The notes beneath the pieces were generated by a model. It was given only the letters and a program-made list of their open reading frames with translations. It did not search any database and was not told the DNA's origin. The position numbers and the translations under genes are program-made. A stretch of 62,404 nucleotides of DNA from a virus. Taxonomy: Duplodnaviria > Caudoviricetes. Each line of letters opens with the position of its first letter. Positions within the stretch are counted from its first letter, which is position 1. Location of the stretch: positions 1 to 62,404 of the IMG/VR virus record IMGVR_UViG_3300021963_000133. One strand, written 5' to 3'. This document shows, one piece after another, positions 18,293 through 24,776 of this stretch.

Positions 18293-19327
18293 TTAGTGTT
18301 CTTCTTTTCCGTGTTCTTCTTCTGATCCAGCTGGTTTAATTAGGGCTTCTACAATAGCAATAATTGCCAGATATTTAGCAGTTGCTGTAATAAAATGAAC
18401 TACAGTACCGATTCCTGGGATTAGGTGTAGAATTTGGTGTTCAGCTGCATGTTTTACATTATACTCAACAACAACTCCAATGATTGTAGCTAAGGCTGCA
18501 AATTCAAATGGTCCTGGTGCTCCAGCCAATTCTGTTGCATAGTATGAAAACTTATTTAAAGCTCCACCTGCAATTTTTTCAGCGCCTTGTTTTACTTTAT
18601 CTAACAGACTGAATGGAGGAATATGATGCATTTTATGTGCAATTGCAGAAACAAATGGAATACCAGATCCACTCTCTTCTATCATATCAGTAAAATCAAT
18701 GTCTCCATTTATTACGGCTTCATTAATCATTAATGTGATTGCTAATTCAAAAGATTCATTAGTATCTTCTTTGGCTGCTATTTCTCCAGCTTTGGCTGCT
18801 TGAGAAACAAATCCTGAAAGAGCCCAACCTTTCATAGCAGATGCGCATGATTTTAATTGTTTAACCTCTTCAATTAATGAATTCTTAGTCTTTTCTCCAG
18901 ATTTGTCTAATTTCTCTTTAATAACTTTAGACGCTTTTGCAGCTTCAGCATTATAGTAACCCATTGCACCTTTCCATGCTGATTCTAAAGCTTCTTTAAT
19001 TTTAGAAGCAATTAGTTTAACAATACTAATGATATTACCGCCTAATTTAACAATTTTTTCTTGTGTGTCTGTTAATGCTTTCTTACCTTTGGTTTTAGCA
19101 ATCTCAATAGCATTATCAAATTTAGCTTTCATTTTATTAACTAAACTTTCTTCATTGATTGCTTCGGTAAATGAACTATCAAAAATACCAGATTCGATGA
19201 TAACCTTAGTTTCATCTAGGTACGATTTCATGTCTTCAAATTGAGCTACTATATTAAATATAAGTTCTCTTCTTGATTCAACTAAATTTTTATTAGTGTG
19301 AAATTGGCTATAAGATAATAGATTCAC
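18293..19327 (-). CDS. Hypothetical protein (possible internal virion protein; hydrophobic C-terminus)
   Basis: MNLLSYSQF start; several INE/LVE motifs. Confidence 0.7.
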   Translation of the reverse strand: MNLLSYSQFHTNKNLVESRRELIFNIVAQFEDMKSYLDETKVIIESGIFDSSFTEAINEESLVNKMKAKFDNAIEIAKTKGKKALTDTQEKIVKLGGNIISIVKLIASKIKEALESAWKGAMGYYNAEAAKASKVIKEKLDKSGEKTKNSLIEEVKQLKSCASAMKGWALSGFVSQAAKAGEIAAKEDTNESFELAITLMINEAVINGDIDFTDMIEESGSGIPFVSAIAHKMHHIPPFSLLDKVKQGAEKIAGGALNKFSYYATELAGAPGPFEFAALATIIGVVVEYNVKHAAEHQILHLIPGIGTVVHFITATAKYLAIIAIVEALIKPAGSEEEHGKEEH

Positions 19328-19363
19328 GAGTATTTACTTTTATTTCTTTGTCTATATATTCAA

Positions 19364-19442
19364 TAAAAAAGGGTAGGATCAGACGCGTTCTGCCTACCGA
19401 GACCTCGTCGTTAACTTTCGCCAGAGCGTACCGAGACACTTT
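19364..19442 (-). other. Structured element ending in an intrinsic terminator
   Basis: GGUAGG..CCUACC-UUUUU hairpin; duplicated GUCUCGGUA. Confidence 0.5.
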
Positions 19443-19444
19443 GT

Positions 19445-19522
19445 TGCGATTAGAGGAATCGAACCTCCCAGGGGTATATCTACCAAATCAACTCATGAGA
19501 TTGACCTTACACCGATATCGCA
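19445..19522 (-). ncRNA. Atypical tRNA-like RNA (CAU loop, aberrant D arm)
   Basis: GCGAU/AUCGC acceptor, GAGGUUCGAUUCCUC T arm, UCAAU-CUCAUGA-GUUGA arm. Confidence 0.55.
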
Positions 19523-19527
19523 ATATA

Positions 19528-19649
19528 ACAGGATGGGTTTTTGTACGTGCTCTACCAACTGAGCTATTGATTCCGAAGAATCAAGCCGGATTCGAACCGA
19601 CGACCACGAGGTTAACAGCCTAGATTTTACTTTTTGCAGTAACCATCCT
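19528..19649 (-). ncRNA. Y-RNA-like family copy 4 with permuted tRNA domain and Asn-GUU anticodon hairpin
   Basis: AGGAUGG-UUACUGCAAA..AGG-CUGUUAA-CCU..T arm, UUGAUUC-UUCG-GAAUCAA, D arm..CCAUCCU-GU. Confidence 0.8.
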
Positions 19650-19660
19650 AAAGTTTTTAG

Positions 19661-20596
19661 TTATTTCAATTGATAACAATCATTAAATAACTTTTGATAT
19701 TTTTGTTCAATTCCAGGAAATTGTTGTAAATCTACAATAATTTCATTAATTGCATGTCTTCTAAAGAAATCTTCGTTGTATTTATATTTTCTACCCCAAA
19801 TATGAGTAATCAAATTTTCTATTCTAAGACTTTCATCAGATGAATTTAAAAATGGTTTCCATTTTTGATTCCATACTATATTCTGCTTAAATGTATAAAC
19901 TAAAAATGCATTTGGTTTAATTGAACTATAAGAAATTCCTAGTTTGTTTGCAACGGTAGGTAATAACCTCTGTTCGACAAAAACTGTACTTTTTTTATTT
20001 TTTACATTTTCAGGATCTTTGTCTAAAACAATAACTTTAGTAACTTCATTGTACCAAGTATCTATTAACTCTTTAGTTCTATTTTTAAAATACATGATAG
20101 CACAATTCATAGGCCAACAACTCCAATCAAATTTTTCAACGTCATCTTCATGCATCCAATTTATCGGATCATGATAATTAGTATATCCTAAATTTTCATC
20201 AAAATGTTCTTCATGAAACAAACTAAAATCAGAATCAGTTTTAATAAGACCGGATTCTTTAATCCATAAATCAACATCAATAATACAAAATTCAGTATTA
20301 CTTTTTGCTAATTCTTTAGCAACATAGATTTTAGAAAAACTCCAATATCTATTAATTTTATCCTTATAAGGTATTGAATCTAATAAATCAGTGTCTATAG
20401 AATCATATTCTTTTTCAATACCATATTTTTTAAGAATATTTAAGTGCTCTGTATTTGCATACAATTTAATTGGACCATAATTCTTTTTCCAGAATAGAAT
20501 AGAAGCTAATTGAGCTAAAACTTCAATTGCTTCATATTTGTTATTATTTTTAAAAAAATCATGTTCAAATCTGTAATAAGTATGATAACCATTCAT
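19661..20596 (-). CDS. Hypothetical protein, possible GT-A-type glycosyltransferase
   Basis: WSFSKIY, IIDVDLW (DxD), NCAI, EQRLL, THIWG; very AT-rich. Confidence 0.5.
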   Translation of the reverse strand: MNGYHTYYRFEHDFFKNNNKYEAIEVLAQLASILFWKKNYGPIKLYANTEHLNILKKYGIEKEYDSIDTDLLDSIPYKDKINRYWSFSKIYVAKELAKSNTEFCIIDVDLWIKESGLIKTDSDFSLFHEEHFDENLGYTNYHDPINWMHEDDVEKFDWSCWPMNCAIMYFKNRTKELIDTWYNEVTKVIVLDKDPENVKNKKSTVFVEQRLLPTVANKLGISYSSIKPNAFLVYTFKQNIVWNQKWKPFLNSSDESLRIENLITHIWGRKYKYNEDFFRRHAINEIIVDLQQFPGIEQKYQKLFNDCYQLK

Positions 20597-20619
20597 AATT
20601 TACTTATTATGTTTATTTG

Positions 20620-20691
20620 CGGTCCCACGGGGAATCGAACCCCGAACTCAGCCGTGACAGGGCTGCATTATAGCCGTTTAACTATGAGACC
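20620..20691 (-). tRNA. tRNA-Asp(GTC)
   Basis: Loop CUGUCAC. Confidence 0.9.
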
Positions 20692-20697
20692 AAAGTA

Positions 20698-20833
20698 AAG
20701 ATAATGATGGAGTACCCGTCTCGCTCCAATCTTAATTGCTTCCTGAGTTTTAATGAGGCCTCAGCAAAGGGTGGTGAACTCTTGACCCAACCACGATTGT
20801 CGACATCGCTTTGGTTGGAGAGACCATTATCTT
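20698..20833 (-). ncRNA. Unknown structured RNA
   Basis: Terminal stem AAGAUAAUG/CAUUAUCUU; nested GUCUC-UCCAA/UUGGA-GAGAC. Confidence 0.55.
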
Positions 20834-20835
20834 AG

Positions 20836-20907
20836 TAGCCCGTACGAGAATCGAACTCGTATTTCACCCGTGAAAGGGGCGTGTCCTAACCGTTAGACGA
20901 ACGGGCC
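20836..20907 (-). tRNA. tRNA-Glu(TTC)
   Basis: Loop CUUUCAC. Confidence 0.9.
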
Positions 20908-21275
20908 AAAAATGGAAGGTCACCAACTGCACCTTCCGTGGTAGCTTTAGGAATCTTTAACAACTCCAAGGTTTCGAATTCTTTACATGTTGGTCTTGTT
21001 CTGAAAGACGTCAACTACTGTTTCATAGTCACCGCACGTCGCTACTTGTTACCTTAACGCGAATTGGTTTTAAGCATATTGATAAATTGACCAAATTTCT
21101 TACCAGAGCAGGATAAATGAAGCTATCACGTTGTCTTCTAAATACCGATTGAGATTGCGGCCTCTAAGGTTCCTGATGCGCCATTGTCTTTCGTTAACTT
21201 TCATTGAACTATGGGTTATTGGGTTTTGGCAGTGTCCCATTCAACATACTCATTAAGTACTTTTTCATTATCAAT
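20908..21275 (-). ncRNA. Unknown large (~370 nt) putative structured RNA
   Basis: No ORF in track, GC-richer, GNRA-type hairpins, 3' GGAAGGU/ACCUUCC hairpin plus U-tract. Confidence 0.5.
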
Positions 21276-21277
21276 AG

Positions 21278-21351
21278 TGGAGCCTAAGGGAGTCGAACCC
21301 TTGACCTCTTGCGTGCAAGGCAAGCGCTCTAGCCAACTGAGCTAAGGCCCC
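21278..21351 (-). tRNA. tRNA-Ala(TGC)
   Basis: Loop CUUGCAC; G3:U70. Confidence 0.92.
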
Positions 21352-21359
21352 AATAATAT

Positions 21360-21434
21360 TGGTTGCGGGGGCAGGATTCGAACCTGCGACCTCGAGCTTA
21401 TGAGGCTCGCGAGCTACCACTGCTCTACCCCGCT
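21360..21434 (-). tRNA. tRNA-Met(CAT), initiator-like
   Basis: Loop CUCAUAA; 1:72 mismatch; A11:U24; encoded CCA. Confidence 0.85.
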
Positions 21435-21439
21435 ATTTG

Positions 21440-21510
21440 TTGTCCCTGAAGGATTCGAACCTCCACCGTGTGGACCAAAACCACATGTCCTGCCATTAGA
21501 CCAAAGGACA
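21440..21510 (-). tRNA. tRNA-Gln(TTG)
   Basis: Loop UUUUGGU. Confidence 0.9.
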
Positions 21511-21522
21511 ATAATATCACTA

Positions 21523-21536
21523 ATATGTCAAAGAAC
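21523..21536 (-). promoter_or_regulatory. boxA-like antitermination element GTTCTTTGACATAT
   Basis: Exact repeat also at 24132 and 24557. Confidence 0.6.
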
Positions 21537-21552
21537 CTTTTGTCAGAGTGAC

Positions 21553-21822
21553 TTACTTAACTTCAGTCACTCTGTACGGTTTGAATATGGTTAACTTAGA
21601 CCCATCTGAATTGTAGTACCAGATTGAATCTTCAGTCTGACCGGCAATAGTATCAGTGTAGGCTATTGCCGGTCTTAGTTCTTGTGTAACGTTAAGCTCA
21701 TTCCAATCAACTTGTCTTTCGACCATAACTGGAACTTGACCTTCGATTTTGTACTTATAATCTTTACCTTTACAAGAAAGGAATAGAATTGATAGTACTG
21801 AAACGTAAAATACCTTTTTCAT
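21553..21822 (-). CDS. Lipoprotein
   Basis: True start MKKVFY (the ORF-track extension overlaps tRNA-Leu); LSC lipobox. Confidence 0.75.
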   Translation of the reverse strand: MKKVFYVSVLSILFLSCKGKDYKYKIEGQVPVMVERQVDWNELNVTQELRPAIAYTDTIAGQTEDSIWYYNSDGSKLTIFKPYRVTEVK

Positions 21823-21833
21823 ATCTTCTTTTT

Positions 21834-21921
21834 TGGTACTCGGAGCGGGAATTGAACCCGCACGGACACAAGGTCCACAAGATTTTAAGTCTGGCGTGTC
21901 TACCGATTCCACCACCCGAGC
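21834..21921 (-). tRNA. tRNA-Leu(TAA)
   Basis: Class II; loop CUUAAAA; CCA. Confidence 0.9.
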
Positions 21922-21961
21922 GTTTTTAATTACTTACAATATCTTTAAGAACGTTACTATC

Positions 21962-21990
21962 ATTATATCCGATTAAACTGGATTGTTTCA
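21962..21990 (-). promoter_or_regulatory. Class-II promoter TGAAAC-N17-TATAAT, followed by degenerate boxA (21939-21952)
   Basis: Exact 17-nt spacer. Confidence 0.55.
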
Positions 21991-22017
21991 TAACATTTTT
22001 AAAATATTTCAACCACT

Positions 22018-22127
22018 GCTGATAGAATTGGATTCGAACCAATACGAAGGGATTAGGCTTTCGCTTTATTTCTTGTCTTCAACCCCGAGACAGGAGGTCG
22101 TGTCTGCCAATTTCACCATCTACCAGC
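22018..22127 (-). ncRNA. Atypical tRNA: class-II body, GUC anticodon loop, oversized variable arm
   Basis: UGGUAGA/UCUAUCA acceptor, Leu-type D loop, ACCUC-CUGUCUC-GGGGU, ~38-nt variable region. Confidence 0.65.
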
Positions 22128-22140
22128 AACAATTTTAATG

Positions 22141-22225
22141 CGGAAGCTACAGGATTCGAACCTGTGGGACCGTGAAGTCCACCACTTTAGCAAAGTGGCA
22201 CGATAGACCGCTCTGACAAACTTCC
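22141..22225 (-). tRNA. tRNA-Ser(GCT)
   Basis: Class II; loop UUGCUAA. Confidence 0.9.
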
Positions 22226-22226
22226 T

Positions 22227-22303
22227 TGGGGTAATTAATGGGATTCGAACCCATACTAGCAGAACCACAATCTGACGTGCTAACCATTAACACTATAACT
22301 ACC
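22227..22303 (-). tRNA. tRNA-His(GTG)
   Basis: Loop UUGUGGU; G-1/C73; CCA. Confidence 0.9.
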
Positions 22304-22307
22304 ATAA

Positions 22308-22396
22308 AGCCGATCCCGTAGATCGGCAGCTCGACTTTCGGCATCGAGTTTGCAAGAATAAATCTCTGGCCAGTTCCTCCACACTTTGTGTGGCGA
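22308..22396 (-). ncRNA. Unknown three-hairpin element
   Basis: CCACAC/GUGUGG, CUCGA/UCGAG, GCCGAUC/GAUCGGC. Confidence 0.45.
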
Positions 22397-22397
22397 G

Positions 22398-22472
22398 TGC
22401 ACCTTGAAGGATTCGAACCTCCGACCCTCTCGGTGTAAACGAGATGCTCTAAACCAACTGAGCTAAAGGTGC
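22398..22472 (-). tRNA. tRNA-Val(TAC)
   Basis: Loop UUUACAC. Confidence 0.9.
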
Positions 22473-22538
22473 ATATAATAAACCTCTTTTTGTTACAATA
22501 AACCTTATTAGTTTATTGATACAATTTTTAGTTTATTG

Positions 22539-22612
22539 TGACCCCGGATGGACTCGAACCATCGACCCTCGCATTAAAAGTGCGATGCTCTAACCAACTG
22601 AGCTACGAAGTC
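22539..22612 (-). tRNA. tRNA-Lys(TTT)
   Basis: Loop CUUUUAA. Confidence 0.9.
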
Positions 22613-22677
22613 TTGCCTTTTTTAGGGTTTTTAATAGAACATTAGAACCCAAGGACAGTACGACCTATAAACTAATT

Positions 22678-22803
22678 GGTGACTGTGAGGGGAATCGAAC
22701 CTCGATGACTACTTGATCGATACTTCATCATCTTTAAATTAACCTAGCCTAAAAGGCACCCAATTTACCGGTGGGCAGTGCTTCCATACACTTACACAAT
22801 CAT
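22678..22803 (-). ncRNA. Oversized tRNA-like RNA
   Basis: UGAUUGU/ACAGUCA-CCA acceptor and GGUUCGAUUCC T loop; several extra hairpins inside. Confidence 0.55.
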
Positions 22804-22806
22804 TTG

Positions 22807-22880
22807 TTGCGAAAACAGGATTTGAACCTGTGTCTATGCCTTATGAGAGCACCGTAAGAAACCAACTCTACCATTTCGCA
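22807..22880 (-). tRNA. tRNA-Met(CAT), elongator-like
   Basis: Loop CUCAUAA; paired 1:72. Confidence 0.8.
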
Positions 22881-22885
22881 ATTTG

Positions 22886-22957
22886 TAGTCAATAAAGGAC
22901 TCGAACCCTTATTTCCCGATCCGTAGTCGGGTGTTCTATCCGTTGAACTAATCGACT
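22886..22957 (-). tRNA. tRNA-Arg(ACG)
   Basis: Loop CUACGGA. Confidence 0.88.
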
Positions 22958-22962
22958 AGAAG

Positions 22963-23036
22963 TGGACCATTCAGGGCTCGAACCTGAGACCTTCTCGTTA
23001 TGAGCGAGCTGCTCTAACCGACTGAGCTAAAGGTCC
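22963..23036 (-). tRNA. tRNA-Ile2(CAT), lysidine type (probable)
   Basis: Loop CUCAUAA on GGACCUU-UAGCUCAGUCGGUUAGAGC Ile-type body. Confidence 0.78.
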
Positions 23037-23041
23037 AGTTG

Positions 23042-23112
23042 CACGATTGGAGAGATTCGAACTCCCATCAACGGTTTTGGAGACCGGCATGCTACCATTG
23101 CACCACAAACGT
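23042..23112 (-). tRNA. tRNA-Trp(CCA)
   Basis: Loop CUCCAAA. Confidence 0.88.
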
Positions 23113-23122
23113 GTATAAAAAG

Positions 23123-23262
23123 AAAGAAAACAGAAGATGGTTCAGTGGACATCTGTTTTTACGATTAGCATTACTTAGGGTGAATACCTGCAAACTCCGG
23201 TTGTATCAGTCAGTATTCACTCTCGAACTAAAGATACAACCATTCCCTAATCAACTTTCCTT
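23123..23262 (-). ncRNA. Unknown pseudoknotted RNA
   Basis: GGUUGUAUC/GAUACAACC crossing GUGAAUAC/GUAUUCAC; outer GAUUAG/CUAAUC. Confidence 0.55.
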
Positions 23263-23263
23263 G

Positions 23264-23344
23264 TGGGAGCGGAGGGATTCGAACCCCCAATGTCGTAAGA
23301 CCACGGATTTACAGTCCGCTAAGCAACCGTTGCTCAACACTCCC
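23264..23344 (-). tRNA. tRNA-Tyr(GTA)
   Basis: Class II; loop CUGUAAA. Confidence 0.9.
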
Positions 23345-23413
23345 ATTTCCAATTTTGATGGGCTCATCTGAAAGTTTTTAAACTAACCAGCACTTGAGAT
23401 TGGTAACTCCTTG

Positions 23414-23485
23414 CTGGGTATCTAGGATTCGAACCTAGGACCGCTCGATTAACAGTCGAGAGCTCTACCGCTGAGCTAATACCCA
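23414..23485 (-). tRNA. tRNA-Asn(GTT)
   Basis: Loop CUGUUAA. Confidence 0.9.
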
Positions 23486-23487
23486 AT

Positions 23488-23688
23488 GTCTCCCTTCGTT
23501 GGTACTTGTCGTTTCTCGAGTCGACACTTTCCCCGTGACTGTTTTATTATAGTGTGCTTCCCTACTGGGATTTGAAGCCAACACTTGTTGGAGTTTCACT
23601 TTACCACAACCGATAGCCATATAGGACTTATCACTTTACTCCATGACAGCTTTTAACTGAGAGATCACGGTATTGTGAGTGAAACATT
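23488..23688 (-). ncRNA. Unknown putative structured RNA (~200 nt)
   Basis: Non-coding, GC-richer; UCUCUC/GGGAGA end pairing; repeated GUCAYGGRG(U)AAAGUG. Confidence 0.4.
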
Positions 23689-23813
23689 TGTGATTCTTAT
23701 AGGAGTCGAACCTACCATTCCATTCCGCCGCTAAACAGAATCGCAAACCATTATGCGGGAGTTTAAGTGTTTACATTATTTAGCGCTAATGTAATCCTTT
23801 ATCTCAAGAACCA
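23689..23813 (-). ncRNA. Oversized tRNA-like RNA
   Basis: GGUUCUU/AAGAAUC acceptor, GUAGG-UUCGACU-CCUAU T arm, expanded interior. Confidence 0.55.
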
Positions 23814-23816
23814 TTT

Positions 23817-23915
23817 GTAACCATGATTGGATTCGAACCAATTTCAACTTTGCCATAAAGAGTCTATTTCAACTCAACCTTGGGGAGGTGTCGCCAACCA
23901 ATGGCCTCATGATTA
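23817..23915 (-). ncRNA. Oversized tRNA-like RNA
   Basis: UAAUCAU/AUGGUUA acceptor, AUUGG-UUCGAAU-CCAAU T arm, several small interior hairpins. Confidence 0.55.
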
Positions 23916-23918
23916 TTT

Positions 23919-23977
23919 GTGGAGAGCAGAGATTCGAACTCTGTGCGTTGGATTCCTGCTTTAACCAGACCTCTCCT
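23919..23977 (-). ncRNA. Truncated tRNA-like RNA (acceptor and T arm)
   Basis: GGAGAG/CUCUCC-A with CAGAG-UUCGAAU-CUCUG; only ~27 nt between them. Confidence 0.5.
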
Positions 23978-24046
23978 GGACCTGCAGATCCATTATAATG
24001 AGAGCATCACACCTCAAAGGCTGTTCATAAACTAGCTTAATTAGAG

Positions 24047-24118
24047 AGCAGATAGCCGGAATCGAACCGGCGTCTCCAGATTGGAAGTCTGGAGTAATAA
24101 CCCCTATACGATATCTGC
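24047..24118 (-). tRNA. tRNA-Gly(TCC)
   Basis: Loop CUUCCAA; U73. Confidence 0.9.
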
Positions 24119-24131
24119 ATTACTATTTCCA

Positions 24132-24145
24132 ATATGTCAAAGAAC
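24132..24145 (-). promoter_or_regulatory. boxA-like element
   Basis: GTTCTTTGACATAT between class-I promoter and tRNA-Gly. Confidence 0.62.
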
Positions 24146-24160
24146 AATTGTTTTAATTTG

Positions 24161-24177
24161 ATATGTAAATATAAACA
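24161..24177 (-). promoter_or_regulatory. Class-I promoter repeat (internal to tRNA array)
   Basis: atatgtaaatataaaca. Confidence 0.75.
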
Positions 24178-24238
24178 ATGTTTTTCAATCGGTAAAACTT
24201 TTTATCAATTATTTTCAAAAAAGTTATTAACATTTTTG

Positions 24239-24313
24239 TCGGGATACCAGGACTCGAACCTGGATGATGTCCTGCTCCCAAAGCAGGCGACTTAGCCATT
24301 AGTCCACATCCCG
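24239..24313 (-). tRNA. tRNA-Pro(TGG)
   Basis: Loop UUUGGGA. Confidence 0.9.
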
Positions 24314-24320
24314 TAAGTTG

Positions 24321-24393
24321 TGGATCGGGACGGATTCGAACCGCCGACACCCGCATCTTCAGTGCGGTGCTCTACCAACTGAGCTACCGATCC
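24321..24393 (-). tRNA. tRNA-Phe(GAA)
   Basis: Loop CUGAAGA. Confidence 0.9.
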
Positions 24394-24395
24394 AT

Positions 24396-24474
24396 TTGAA
24401 CTTATTCTCTTACCCCTTTATTTCGTTCCATCCTGCTTATCTTTAAATACGAGTTTCTCAAGGGTACAGGATGT
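24396..24474 (-). ncRNA. Pseudoknot element between tRNA-Cys and tRNA-Phe
   Basis: CAUCCUG/CAGGAUG crossing UACCCUU/AGGGGUA. Confidence 0.5.
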
Positions 24475-24476
24475 TG

Positions 24477-24546
24477 AGTATAAGGTCGGAATCGAACCAA
24501 CTCCGTGAGATTTGCAGTCCCACTGGCCTCCAAGACCAACTTATAC
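24477..24546 (-). tRNA. tRNA-Cys(GCA)
   Basis: Loop CUGCAAA; U73; short D arm. Confidence 0.8.
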
Positions 24547-24556
24547 ATTTTCGCCA

Positions 24557-24570
24557 ATATGTCAAAGAAC
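24557..24570 (-). promoter_or_regulatory. boxA-like element
   Basis: GTTCTTTGACATAT immediately after the attenuator terminator. Confidence 0.62.
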
Positions 24571-24584
24571 TTTCCATTATAACT

Positions 24585-24615
24585 AAAAAAGCCCGACTGT
24601 TTAAGGTCGGGCTCT
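24585..24615 (-). terminator. Attenuator terminator
   Basis: AGAGCCCGAC-CUUAAACA-GUCGGGC-UUUUUU; 5' arm complementary to 24663-24671. Confidence 0.8.
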
Positions 24616-24643
24616 TGTTTATATATGGAGTTAATATGTTTAC

Positions 24644-24748
24644 TTAACTTATAATTAACTTTAGAGCCCGAGATCGATCACATGCGCCATACGGTTTAAC
24701 ACTAAACCATAAATTCATATTTTCGATATGTTGCCCTATTCGTTGCAT
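24644..24748 (-). CDS. Putative leader peptide MQRIGQHIENMNLWFSVKPYGACDRSRALKLIIS (pan-amino-acid attenuator)
   Basis: 34 aa, A-rich start context, 19 different amino acids in the first 24 codons; contains antiterminator UCGGGCUCU. Confidence 0.75.
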   Translation of the reverse strand: MQRIGQHIENMNLWFSVKPYGACDRSRALKLIIS

Positions 24749-24776
24749 TGTTTTGTTATTTTGTAATATTATAATC

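Noticed and set aside
20698-21275. SRP RNA, RNase P RNA or group I intron
   Set aside because: Diagnostic motifs (SRP domain IV, RNase P GAGGAAAGUC, intron P7) were not found by eye
23345-23410. preQ1-like riboswitch in the tRNA spacer
   Set aside because: Only superficial similarity, and no downstream CDS
19348-24356. ORF-track entries in the RNA region (19348, 21400, 22147, 23039, 24153, and the 5' extension of 21553)
   Set aside because: They overlap tRNA/ncRNA genes and are spurious
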